A DNA stretch of 64,000 nucleotides, from positions 2,507,429-2,571,428 of the forward strand of contig OZ240617.1 in assembly GCA_965198365.1 (NCBI GenBank), read 5' to 3'. This document shows positions 35,987 through 44,753 of this stretch, piece after piece (the first letter of the stretch is position 1; each line of letters starts with the position of its first letter). The position numbers and the translations under genes were made by a program. The notes beneath the pieces are model-generated. The model searched no databases, was not told where the DNA came from, and saw nothing but the letters and a program-made list of their open reading frames with translations. Source of the DNA: Candidatus Aldehydirespiratoraceae bacterium (GTDB taxonomy: Bacteria; Actinomycetota; Acidimicrobiia; Acidimicrobiales; Aldehydirespiratoraceae).

Positions 35987-36277
35987 ATGTCACATTCATA
36001 CGACGAAGTGGTCGCACCTCGCCGAGCACAACTCAGTCCAGATGCAGTAGCGCAAGGCGAAGTCTTCGCCGACGCGTACAAGATTGCGTTACAGGTTCTG
36101 GACCTGCGCGAGAAGCATGGTCTGACCCAAACCCAACTGGCTCGGCGCTGTGGCATGAGCCAAGCAGACATCAGCCGGATCGAGAGCGGCTCAACCAGTC
36201 CGACGACCCGCACCCTGCAGCGGATCGCCGGCGCTCTCGAAGCCGAAGTGCGTCTCGTAGCCAACACCGCAGCTTGA
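35987..36277 (+). CDS. small XRE-family HTH regulator (controller/C-protein-like or orphan antitoxin)
   Basis: TAGGAGGA RBS then ATG 35987. 96 aa. HTH LREKHGLTQTQLARRCGMSQADISRIESG. Confidence 0.75.
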   Translation: MSHSYDEVVAPRRAQLSPDAVAQGEVFADAYKIALQVLDLREKHGLTQTQLARRCGMSQADISRIESGSTSPTTRTLQRIAGALEAEVRLVANTAA

Positions 36278-36506
36278 GGCGTTCACAGACCCCGTGAGGG
36301 GTTCGCGGGTTGTGGCTACAGGTTGGGTCGGGCGCCTGCGGACGGGTCGCTGTGGCGGATCGGGTCGAAGGTCGCATCGAGCGTTGCAACCCCCAGTGAG
36401 ACCCACGGTCCATCGAAGCTCAACACCCCGGTGTACGATGCCCACGCTCCGATGTCCTGAACCGGGACCCCTCACCGAACCCACTAGCAAGTCCAGAGGT
36501 TTACCA

Positions 36507-38246
36507 ATGGCTCCAGATCCTGACAACACGGGGGTCCGTTCGTCGGACTACGACTTTTCGTGGACTTCGTTCTACTCAGGATTCGCGGACACACTGCTCA
36601 CGTACCGCCATGATCGGCCAGCCCTGCTCGCGGCGGTCTTTGGGCTCCCCGAGAAGCGGGTCAGCTATCTCACCACTGACCGATTCGCCGACGGCTCATC
36701 CGGTCGGGTGCGGGACATCTGCCCCTTCACGACGATGGGCACCTTCAATCGAGGGCTCACATATGACAACCGCCTGGCAGTCGCCAACCAATTGTCAGAA
36801 CTCCTAGGAATGGGAGAGATGGATGGACGACCACTCGAATCTATCGATGGAATACCCATTCTGAACAATTTTAACAGCTGGTTCTTCCCGCGTGAAGAAG
36901 AGCGCGACGATGATCACATTGACGCGCTCTGGCGAGTGTTCGCAGACGCTATCGAGTATGCCGATGACCGAGACGAGGCCAAACGCGCCTCGCTCATCAA
37001 CTCCTTCAACGACGCGGTAGATCGCAAGCAAGTGCGCCGGAAGCTCACGATGGGTCTCTACTGGATCAGGCCATACACTTTCGTGCCCTTGGACGGTAAT
37101 TCAGAATACGTTATCAATGAGGAGTTGGATCTGGATGTTGCCGAATGGTCGGACGGTGAAACGTACTTGGATCTGTGTGACGAACTGCGAGAGATGTTCA
37201 ATGACGAGAACCTGCCAGTCCACTCGTTTCCCGAACTGTCTGCTAAGGCGTGGTGGGGCTCGATATTCGAAGACGAAGAGGACACCGCACCTGAGGACAC
37301 TGAGGACACCGCACCTGAAGGCGGTGAGAGTCCCCCAGCGTCCGAGCCGTCGTATTCGGTGAACGACATCATTGCAGAAGGCTGTTTCCTGGATCGGGCA
37401 AGGCTGGATGCGATCCTGGATAGATGGCGGGTCAAGAAGAACTTGATCCTTCAGGGGCCGCCCGGCACCGGCAAGACCTGGCTGGCTAAGAAGCTCGCGT
37501 TCGCTCTCATCGGAACCCGGTCGCCAACACATGTGCGTCCGTTGCAGTTCCACCCGAACCTGTCCTATGAAGACTTCGTGAGAGGCTGGCGGCCCAGCGG
37601 CGACGGCGACGGCCCGCTCAAGCTGCTGGACGGACCGTTTCTACACGCGGTCGAAGATGCCGCGAACGAGCCGACACGAGACCATGTGGTAGTGATCGAA
37701 GAGATCAACCGGGGGAATCCTGCCCAGATATTCGGGGAGATGCTCACTCTGCTGGAATCCGACAAACGCAGTGAGGACGAGGCGTTGGCACTGAGCTACC
37801 CCCGACGCCGCAACGAACGGGTGCATATTCCAGACAATCTTTATGTCGTCGGCACCATGAATATTGCTGACCGATCGCTAGCCCTAGTCGATCTTGCATT
37901 GCGACGCCGGTTCGCTTTCGTGGACCTGGAACCGACCTTCGGGGATGCTTGGCACCGCTGGGTCAGCGAGCGAAACGGTTTGGACGCGGAGTTCCTGGAT
38001 GACATTGGGCGGCGGCTGACAACGTTGAACCTGAAGATATCCAGCGACGAACTGCTCGGCCCACAGTTCCGGGTCGGCCACAGCGTCGTGACACCCAGCG
38101 CAGATACGACAATCACGAACCCTGTCCAATGGTTCACACAGATAGTGGACACCGAAATCGGACCGCTCTTAGATGAGTACTGGTTCGATGACCCCGACAG
38201 AGTTCGCTCCGCCAAGGAAGATCTGCTCAAGGGACTCGACGGTTGA
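36507..38246 (+). CDS. mcrB: McrB-family AAA+ GTPase (restriction system subunit) with a long unassigned N-terminal domain
   Basis: Walker A LILQGPPGTGKTW, VVVIEEINRGNPAQIFGEMLTLLE, VVGTMNIADRSLALVDLALRRRFAF (McrB signature). ATG 36507 chosen because the track ORF's Arg-rich 71-aa extension looks non-coding. Confidence 0.85.
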   Translation: MAPDPDNTGVRSSDYDFSWTSFYSGFADTLLTYRHDRPALLAAVFGLPEKRVSYLTTDRFADGSSGRVRDICPFTTMGTFNRGLTYDNRLAVANQLSELLGMGEMDGRPLESIDGIPILNNFNSWFFPREEERDDDHIDALWRVFADAIEYADDRDEAKRASLINSFNDAVDRKQVRRKLTMGLYWIRPYTFVPLDGNSEYVINEELDLDVAEWSDGETYLDLCDELREMFNDENLPVHSFPELSAKAWWGSIFEDEEDTAPEDTEDTAPEGGESPPASEPSYSVNDIIAEGCFLDRARLDAILDRWRVKKNLILQGPPGTGKTWLAKKLAFALIGTRSPTHVRPLQFHPNLSYEDFVRGWRPSGDGDGPLKLLDGPFLHAVEDAANEPTRDHVVVIEEINRGNPAQIFGEMLTLLESDKRSEDEALALSYPRRRNERVHIPDNLYVVGTMNIADRSLALVDLALRRRFAFVDLEPTFGDAWHRWVSERNGLDAEFLDDIGRRLTTLNLKISSDELLGPQFRVGHSVVTPSADTTITNPVQWFTQIVDTEIGPLLDEYWFDDPDRVRSAKEDLLKGLDG

Positions 38247-39382
38247 CACCTACACCAGCGCTATCGGGGATGATCGGCAGGATTCCGGTCAGGAACATCT
38301 GGCTGTTGATGTTGTATGCATCGAGGTTATATCGGGAACTCCCGAGCAGGCGAAGGTACGGCGTTGAGGAGAATCCCGACGACCTTCCCGATCTGGTCGC
38401 GGAGATCCTGACCAGGACGGTCAAGCGCCGGATCAGGCGCAACCTGACTCTCGAGTTCCAACGCAGCCGGGCTGACCTGACCCGAGTGCGAGGTCGCATT
38501 GAGGCCCTCCGCACCGAGCGACGCAGCCTGTTGCAGAAGGGCAGAGTCGCCTGCTCCTTCGATGAGTTGACCACAGACACGCCACGGAACCGTCTCGTGA
38601 AGGCAGCCCTCAACAAGCTGCACGGTTCTGTTAGCGGGGAGGAGCTAGGCAGGCAATGCCGCAGTCTCGCCGCGGCTCTCGACCGTGCCGGAGTTGGCGA
38701 TGAGACCTCCGCAGGCATCCGTTCACGAAACCTCCGAAACACCTTCGCCGCACGCAGAGCCAACGCCGAGGACCGCCAGATGCTCGCAGCAGCAGAGTTG
38801 GCCCTCAGGTTGAGTCTGCCCACCGAGGACCCCGGAAATACCCACTTGGTCGCACCCGACAGGGATGAGACCTGGGCCAGAGGTCTGTTCGAGTCCGCAG
38901 TAGGGGGCTTCTACAGCACAGCGCTCGGTCCCCGCGGTTGGTCCGTCGACACCGGTCAGTGGATCAAATGGCCGATCGAGGCGAAGACTCCGAGGATCGA
39001 CGCGATCATGCCACATATGAAGACCGACATTGTCCTAGAGAACCCGCCAGATGAGCACGGTCACAGAAATCGCATCATCATCGACACGAAGTTCACCAGC
39101 ATCCTGAAACCAGGCCATCACCGGACGATGACGCTAAACAGCGACCACATCTTCCAGATGTACGCCTATTTGAGATCTCAAGAGAGCGACTGTGACCCCA
39201 GATCACTTGATTCCTCCGGACTGTTGCTGCATCCTTGCGTCGGCGAGGACATCGAGGAGTCCGCGGTGATTCAAGGCCACAGAATACACTTCGCTACGGT
39301 GGACTTGGCCGCTGACAGCATCGCCATCCGAGCAAGGCTCATCGCCTTGGCCAACGAAGTTGCCGCATCAACTCTACGCTGA
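38243..39382 (+). CDS. mcrC: McrC-family restriction endonuclease subunit
   Basis: IPVRNIWLLMLYASRLY McrC N-terminus. PD-(D/E)xK-like IIIDTKFTSILK ... QMYAYL. TTGA overlap with the mcrB stop (alternative ATG at 38270). Confidence 0.8.
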   Translation: MTPTPALSGMIGRIPVRNIWLLMLYASRLYRELPSRRRYGVEENPDDLPDLVAEILTRTVKRRIRRNLTLEFQRSRADLTRVRGRIEALRTERRSLLQKGRVACSFDELTTDTPRNRLVKAALNKLHGSVSGEELGRQCRSLAAALDRAGVGDETSAGIRSRNLRNTFAARRANAEDRQMLAAAELALRLSLPTEDPGNTHLVAPDRDETWARGLFESAVGGFYSTALGPRGWSVDTGQWIKWPIEAKTPRIDAIMPHMKTDIVLENPPDEHGHRNRIIIDTKFTSILKPGHHRTMTLNSDHIFQMYAYLRSQESDCDPRSLDSSGLLLHPCVGEDIEESAVIQGHRIHFATVDLAADSIAIRARLIALANEVAASTLR

Positions 39383-39416
39383 CGCGCTCGGTGATCCGCG
39401 AAACGACCGGTGGGGC

Positions 39417-40580
39417 TTAGGGTGCTTCGCTTGCTTGATCGATCATGTGGGCAAGGTCACAGACGGTGTGTGCTCCGCTGCTCGCAGTCGCCGCGCTTCG
39501 AGTCACCAAGAATCGCCGGTGAGCTCCGATCAAATCGGCTGTGTCGTTGAGGCGTGCCATGTCGGAGCGGCTTGGATTGCTGGTGAGTTTCACCTCGATG
39601 GCCCAGAGTTCCTGCCGCACGTTGACGACGAGATCAATCTCGCGACCGTCAGCCGTGCGCAGGTGCGAAGCTCTGAAGCGTGTACCTGACTGTTGCAGAG
39701 CGGTCAGCACCTGCTCAATAACATGTCCCTCCCAGCTCCCTCCCACCATCGGATGACTGAGCAGTTCCGAGGCGTTGCCGATTCCCCACAAGCTGTGCAG
39801 CAGGCCACTGTCGCGCCAGTAGACCTTCGGTCGTTTCGTGAGCTGCTTACGAACATTGCCATGAAAGGCGGGAATACGCCTGAGCAGGAACGCGCCTTCC
39901 AGGTAGTCGAAGTAGTCGTTCACCGTGTGATAGGAGAGCCCCAGGGCGCGACCGATCTCGCTGGCGTTCCACTGCTGCCCATGTGATGTCGCCAACATTT
40001 CGAAGAGGCGCAGCGTGGTGGGAGCCGTGGCCGGTAGTCCCCACGTTGGCAGATCGCGCTGCGCAAGCAGGTTCAGATAATCGTGTTGCCAGTCGGGAAA
40101 GCCTCTGCCGTGGAGCACTCCACCGTCGGCAAACCCGCCGCAATGCCAAAGGCGCTCGCGGGCTTGGCCGGTTAATTCCAGCCAGGACAGCGGCGCCAAC
40201 TCCACCACGCTCAAGCGACCGGCGAGCGACTCCGAAACGTTCTTCATCAGAGACGGCGCTATCGAACCCAGTAACAGGAAGCGCCCACAAAGGCCACGTT
40301 GGGCATCGATGGTGCTGCGTAGTCGACCGAAGATCTCCGGGGCTGCTTGGGCTTCGTCGATGACCACAAGACTTCCACCTCCAGCCATCCGGTCCCATTC
40401 GAGATCCAACCTCAAACGGTCGGATTCGAGCTCCATGTCGTAGTAGCGACCCCCGAGTGATCGAGCGAGCGTGGTCTTGCCGCACTGACGCGGACCAACC
40501 AGCGCCACCGCCGGGTAAGAGGCGAGGCGACGTTCCAGCAGCGATTCGTGTTGATCGTTGGCGATCCTCCGTTCAAGCAT
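39417..40580 (-). CDS. AAA-family ATPase with DUF4143-type C-terminal domain
   Basis: 387 aa. Walker A LVGPRQCGKTTLA, VVIDEAQ, then the conserved ...GGSWEGHVIEQ... region typical of the DUF4143 family. Confidence 0.75.
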   Translation of the reverse strand: MLERRIANDQHESLLERRLASYPAVALVGPRQCGKTTLARSLGGRYYDMELESDRLRLDLEWDRMAGGGSLVVIDEAQAAPEIFGRLRSTIDAQRGLCGRFLLLGSIAPSLMKNVSESLAGRLSVVELAPLSWLELTGQARERLWHCGGFADGGVLHGRGFPDWQHDYLNLLAQRDLPTWGLPATAPTTLRLFEMLATSHGQQWNASEIGRALGLSYHTVNDYFDYLEGAFLLRRIPAFHGNVRKQLTKRPKVYWRDSGLLHSLWGIGNASELLSHPMVGGSWEGHVIEQVLTALQQSGTRFRASHLRTADGREIDLVVNVRQELWAIEVKLTSNPSRSDMARLNDTADLIGAHRRFLVTRSAATASSGAHTVCDLAHMIDQASEAP

Positions 40581-40592
40581 CGCTATTTAGAA

Positions 40593-40645
40593 TACCGCTG
40601 ATTTCTATTTTTAGTGGTCTCTTCTTCTATTTTCTTGCCCATCGG
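40593..40645. repeat. three direct copies of TTCTATTTT at an exact 22-bp period in an AT-rich divergent intergenic region
   Basis: Copies at 40593-40601, 40615-40623 and 40637-40645, read directly. Confidence 0.75.
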
Positions 40646-40737
40646 TTTCTATTTTGCTGATCGGACGCATGCCAGCGAAGCGGTAATTTCTCCTATGGCC
40701 GTAGTGCGAAACTGAGAGCGCTCGTAAACTGTAAGGC

Positions 40738-41493
40738 ATGACGACGGTTCCGCTATTTGAAATCGACGGCCTTCGGGCCTGCACCGTCGAAGGTGAGATC
40801 GAAATCCTCAAAGGCATTGATCTGCGGGTCGGCGTCGGCGAAGTTCACGCTCTCATGGGACCAAACGGTTCAGGCAAGAGCACCCTTGCCAACGTGATCC
40901 TCGGTAGCCCCGAGTACCAAGTCACATCCGGTTCAATTCGTTTCCGAGGCGAAGACATCACCGAATGGCCCACCGACGTGCGCGGCAAGGCCGGCATGTT
41001 TCTGGCCTTTCAGTATCCCCAGGAGATCCCCGGGGTCTCGGTTCTCAATTTCTTGCGGCAATCGCTCTCGGCTCGCAAAGGCATCGACATGTCGGTGCTC
41101 GAACTCCGCTTGGCCATCATGGAATGGATGGACCGGCTCAATATGGACGCCTCGTTCGCTGAGCGTTATGTCAACGAAGGTTTCTCAGGCGGCGAGAAGA
41201 AGCGCAACGAAATACTGCAGATGGCCATCCTCGAACCGGAAATGGCAATCCTCGATGAGACCGACTCCGGGCTCGACATCGACGCGCTGCGTGTCGTGGC
41301 CACCGGTGTCCAAGAGGTGCGCTCCGAACGGCCCGAACTCGGCGTGCTCGCCATCACCCACTACCAACGGCTGCTCTCTGAGCTGCACCCCGATCAGGTC
41401 CATGTGATCATCGACGGGCGCATCGTGCAGTCCGGAGGCTCGGAATTGGTGCAGAGACTGGAAACCGAAGGCTACGAGCGGTTCGGAGTCTGA
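40738..41493 (+). CDS. sufC: SufC-type Fe-S assembly ATPase (paralogue 2)
   Basis: 251 aa. Walker A GPNGSGKST, FSGGEKKRNEILQM, ILDETDSGLDIDAL, ITHY. Confidence 0.85.
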   Translation: MTTVPLFEIDGLRACTVEGEIEILKGIDLRVGVGEVHALMGPNGSGKSTLANVILGSPEYQVTSGSIRFRGEDITEWPTDVRGKAGMFLAFQYPQEIPGVSVLNFLRQSLSARKGIDMSVLELRLAIMEWMDRLNMDASFAERYVNEGFSGGEKKRNEILQMAILEPEMAILDETDSGLDIDALRVVATGVQEVRSERPELGVLAITHYQRLLSELHPDQVHVIIDGRIVQSGGSELVQRLETEGYERFGV

Positions 41494-41497
41494 ACCC

Positions 41498-42727
41498 ATG
41501 ACCCTCCCCGCCGCAATCAAATCCGACTTTCCGTTGTTGGACCAGCAGTTTCACGGTCATCAGCTCGTCTACCTCGACTCCGCCAATACCTCCCAAAAAC
41601 CACAGGTCGTCATTGATGCGATGACCGACTATTACCAGAGGACTAATGCCAACGTTCACCGTGGCAGCTACGCGCTCGCGGTAAGGGCCACAGCCGCTCT
41701 TGAAGGAGCGCGAGCCAAAGTCGCCTCGTTCATCAACGCCAATTCTGATTCCGAGGTCGTTTTCACCAAGAACGCCACCGAGTCGATGAACCTATTGGCC
41801 CGCGCTTGGGGTGAGAGCAACCTCAGCGCAGGCGACGCAGTGGTAATCAGCGAGATGGAACATCACGCCAACATCGTTCCCTGGCACATGCTGCGAGCCC
41901 AAACGGGCATAGAACTGCGCTGGATCGGTGTTGACCAATCTGGCTATCTGGATCTCAGCGACCTTGACCGGCTCCTTGACGGAGCCAAACTGCTCTCGGT
42001 GACAGCCATGAGCAACGTGCTGGGTACCCTCAACCCGATCGCTCAGCTTGCCGAGCGGGCTCACAACGCCGGTGCGCTCATGGCTGTGGATGCCAGCCAA
42101 TACGTACCCCATATGCCCACCGACGTACAGGCGCTCGGGGCTGACTTTCTGGTCTTCACAGGTCACAAAATGCTCGCCCCGATGGGAATCGGAGTGCTTT
42201 GGGCCAAAGCCGAACTGCTTGAAGCCATGCCGCCGTTTCTCGGTGGCGGAGAAATGATTCTCAACGTCACCAAAGACGGTTTCACCACCAACGAGATCCC
42301 ATGGAAATTCGAGGCTGGCACACCGATGGTTGCAGAAGCCGTCGGACTCGGCCGCGCCATCGACTACCTCAGCGATCTCGGCATGGACAATGTCCGCCAG
42401 CACGAGGTTGAACTGACCGCCTATGCGCTGCGGACGCTCACCGAACGCCACGGCGACAAGATCACCATTCATGGCCCAAAAGAGCCCGCAGAGCGCGGCG
42501 GTGTCATGTCGTTCATCTACGGCGATGTGCACCCCCACGACGTCGCCCAGGTGCTCGACCAATCCGGGGTTGCGGTGCGAGCAGGCCACCATTGTGCGAA
42601 ACCACTCATGGATGTGCTCGGCACCAATGCCACCTCGCGTGCGTCCCTCTACGTATACAACAACAAATCCGACCTCGATAAGCTCGCCGATGCCCTCAGT
42701 GCAGTCGACGACATCTTCTCGTTCTAG
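41498..42727 (+). CDS. sufS: cysteine desulfurase SufS
   Basis: 409 aa. YLDSANTSQKP, FTGHKMLAPMGIG (PLP Lys), RAGHHCAKP (active-site Cys). Confidence 0.9.
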   Translation: MTLPAAIKSDFPLLDQQFHGHQLVYLDSANTSQKPQVVIDAMTDYYQRTNANVHRGSYALAVRATAALEGARAKVASFINANSDSEVVFTKNATESMNLLARAWGESNLSAGDAVVISEMEHHANIVPWHMLRAQTGIELRWIGVDQSGYLDLSDLDRLLDGAKLLSVTAMSNVLGTLNPIAQLAERAHNAGALMAVDASQYVPHMPTDVQALGADFLVFTGHKMLAPMGIGVLWAKAELLEAMPPFLGGGEMILNVTKDGFTTNEIPWKFEAGTPMVAEAVGLGRAIDYLSDLGMDNVRQHEVELTAYALRTLTERHGDKITIHGPKEPAERGGVMSFIYGDVHPHDVAQVLDQSGVAVRAGHHCAKPLMDVLGTNATSRASLYVYNNKSDLDKLADALSAVDDIFSF

Positions 42728-42738
42728 GAGACCACAAG

Positions 42739-43233
42739 ATGATTGGACTCGAAGACCTGTATCGCGAAATCATCCTCGACCACTACCGAACGCCCCGCAA
42801 TCGTGGTGAACTCGAGACCCCTCCCGCGCGACGTGCCGAGGGCTTCAACCCGCTGTGCGGCGACGAAATCATCGTCTATCTGCAAGTCAACGACGCAGGC
42901 GTTATCGACGACGTTGCAATCGGCGGTCAAGGCTGTTCCATCAGCCAATCATCAGCTTCGATGATGTCGGTGGCGATAAAAGGCAAGACGGTTGAAGATG
43001 CTCGCAGGCTGATCGTGGCCTTCAAGGGACTCATGTCGATCCACGAGACCGACATCGGCGGAGACGGCACCGAAACCGCTCTGGGCATAGAACTCGACGG
43101 TGCATCAGACGACATGAAGCTCGGCGACCTCGAAGCGCTGCGCGGTGTGGTGAAATTCCCGATACGAATCAAATGCGCCACGCTGAGCTGGAACACACTC
43201 GCCCAAGCGCTCGACGAAGCCGCAGCTGCCTGA
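42739..43233 (+). CDS. sufU: SUF-system NifU/IscU-like scaffold SufU
   Basis: 164 aa. LYREIILDHYRTPRN, NPLCGDEI, GQGCSISQSSAS, KCATLSW motifs. Confidence 0.85.
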   Translation: MIGLEDLYREIILDHYRTPRNRGELETPPARRAEGFNPLCGDEIIVYLQVNDAGVIDDVAIGGQGCSISQSSASMMSVAIKGKTVEDARRLIVAFKGLMSIHETDIGGDGTETALGIELDGASDDMKLGDLEALRGVVKFPIRIKCATLSWNTLAQALDEAAAA

Positions 43234-43241
43234 GGGCCGAC

Positions 43242-43285
43242 GCGAGTCAGTGATTCAGCGAGTCAACGATTCAGTGGCTGATTCG
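43242..43285. repeat. short tandem duplication (16-nt unit CGAGTCAnnGATTCAG x2 plus a partial copy) in the convergent sufU/PCD intergenic region
   Basis: CGAGTCAGTGATTCAG CGAGTCAACGATTCAG TGGCTGATTCGG, read directly. Confidence 0.6.
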
Positions 43286-43288
43286 GCC

Positions 43289-43591
43289 TCAGAGTTGCTC
43301 GACGCGCTCCATCCAGGCTCGGTCGTTGTTTGATATGCCGCCTGCGGCGTGGTCAGTGATGGCGATATCAACCCGGTTATAGACATTGCTCCACTCGGGA
43401 TGGTGAAACAACTTCTCCGAAACCACCGCCACTTTGGCCATAAAACCAAAAGCGTCGATGAAATCGGAGAACTCATAGGTGCGACATAGTCGGTCTCCGT
43501 CACGTCGCCACTCACCAAACTCCGCCAGCAGTTCTGCAATCTCATCTTCGGTCAGCAGAGTTCTAGCCATGGCAACAGTCTGCCCCAGCAA
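43289..43591 (-). CDS. 4a-hydroxytetrahydrobiopterin (pterin-4-alpha-carbinolamine) dehydratase family protein
   Basis: 100 aa. FHHPEWSNVYNRVDIAITDH signature. Confidence 0.85.
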   Translation of the reverse strand: MLGQTVAMARTLLTEDEIAELLAEFGEWRRDGDRLCRTYEFSDFIDAFGFMAKVAVVSEKLFHHPEWSNVYNRVDIAITDHAAGGISNNDRAWMERVEQL

Positions 43592-43597
43592 AACGAC

Positions 43598-44392
43598 TCA
43601 GGCGAACGGATCGGCAAAAGGATCTCCGGGGAGCTTCGAAGGCGGAGTGGTCGTTGACGGCGAATCACTCCAACGTTCGTAACCGGTGTCTTCCAACTCT
43701 TGGGCCAACTCCGCGCCACCAGTCTGTTGAATCCGACCGCCAGCAAAGACATGCACGGTGTCGGGCCGGAGTTGCTCAAACAAGCGGCTGTAGTGGGTGA
43801 TAGCAAGGACTCCCACCGCGTCTTCCTCGGTAGCTGCCTCCACCCGCGAGCCCACCAAACGCAACGCATCGAAGTCAAGGCCTGAATCGAGTTCGTCGAG
43901 AATCGCGAAACGAGGGCGCAACACCCCAAGCTGAAGCGCCTCATTGCGTTTCTTCTCACCGCCTGAAAGATCAACGTTGAGCGGTCGCTCCAGGAACTTC
44001 TCGTCAAAACCGATGCGCTTTGCCTCAGCACGCATTGACGATTCAATCTCGTCGACATTGTCGCTGGTACTCACCGAAGCTCGTAGCAGATCACGCAGCG
44101 CTACCCCAGGAACCTCCGTCGGGTACTGCATAGCCAGGAACAAACCGGCCTGGGCTCGCTCCCAAGCTGGTAATTCCAAAAGTTCAACGCCATCAAGACG
44201 TGCCGAACCACCCAGCACTTCGAGACCGGGGCGACCTACCAAGGCATGGGCCAGGGTTGACTTTCCCGAACCGTTAGGTCCCATCACCGCATGGACCTCA
44301 CCCGAAGCCATCGCCAGATCAACACCTTTGAGGATCTCTTGGCCCCCCACACGAGCCCGCAGGCCCTCAATCACCAGTTCACTCATCAGCAC
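43598..44392 (-). CDS. sufC: SufC Fe-S assembly ATPase (paralogue 1, in the sufB-D operon)
   Basis: 264 aa. GPNGSGKST, LSGGEKKRNEALQL, ILDELDSGLDFDAL, ITHY. Pro-rich C-terminal tail. Confidence 0.9.
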   Translation of the reverse strand: MLMSELVIEGLRARVGGQEILKGVDLAMASGEVHAVMGPNGSGKSTLAHALVGRPGLEVLGGSARLDGVELLELPAWERAQAGLFLAMQYPTEVPGVALRDLLRASVSTSDNVDEIESSMRAEAKRIGFDEKFLERPLNVDLSGGEKKRNEALQLGVLRPRFAILDELDSGLDFDALRLVGSRVEAATEEDAVGVLAITHYSRLFEQLRPDTVHVFAGGRIQQTGGAELAQELEDTGYERWSDSPSTTTPPSKLPGDPFADPFA

Positions 44393-44753
44393 GCCTCCGA
44401 GTTACTGAGCCTCGGCCGGGCGCAGGAGGTTCGGACCCCTCCGAAATCAAGATCTGGATCATGCCGTCTACCACCGACACGTCATACACCGGCACAGGGC
44501 GAACCGCGGGAAGGGTTTCGGGCTCACCTGTCTTCAGGTCGAACATCGCCCCGTGGCGCCAACACTCAAGCAGGCGCTCCTCGGCGTCAACGTAGCCCTC
44601 CGACAAAGAGACATCCTCATGACTGCAAATGTCGCCGATGGCATAAACGTCATCTTCGATGCGCACCAGTGAAATCTGGTGCCCCTCCAATTCCACCTTG
44701 CGCGCCGTGCCGTCTTCAAGCTCTTCAAGCGCAAACAACACGTGAAGGCTCAC
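44379..44753 (-). CDS. Rieske [2Fe-2S] ferredoxin-like protein embedded in the suf operon
   Basis: 124 aa. CSHEDVSL ... CWRHGAMF (CxH ... CxxH). Same position (sufD-Rieske-sufC) as in many actinobacterial suf operons. Confidence 0.85.
   Translation of the reverse strand: MSLHVLFALEELEDGTARKVELEGHQISLVRIEDDVYAIGDICSHEDVSLSEGYVDAEERLLECWRHGAMFDLKTGEPETLPAVRPVPVYDVSVVDGMIQILISEGSEPPAPGRGSVTRRRADE

Noticed and set aside
36288-36303. Terminator after the small XRE gene (GACCCC-GTGA-GGGGTT)
   Set aside because: The stem is only 6 bp with a G-U pair, and no U-tract follows (CGCGGGUUGUGG). That is too weak to call.
36294-36506. N-terminal 71-aa extension of the McrB ORF, and similar upstream extensions at 10897, 12620, 31303, 26683 and 61610
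   Set aside because: The extensions are Arg/Gly/Pro-rich, overlap upstream genes or intergenic DNA, and are followed by an internal start with an RBS or start/stop overlap where the homologous protein families begin.
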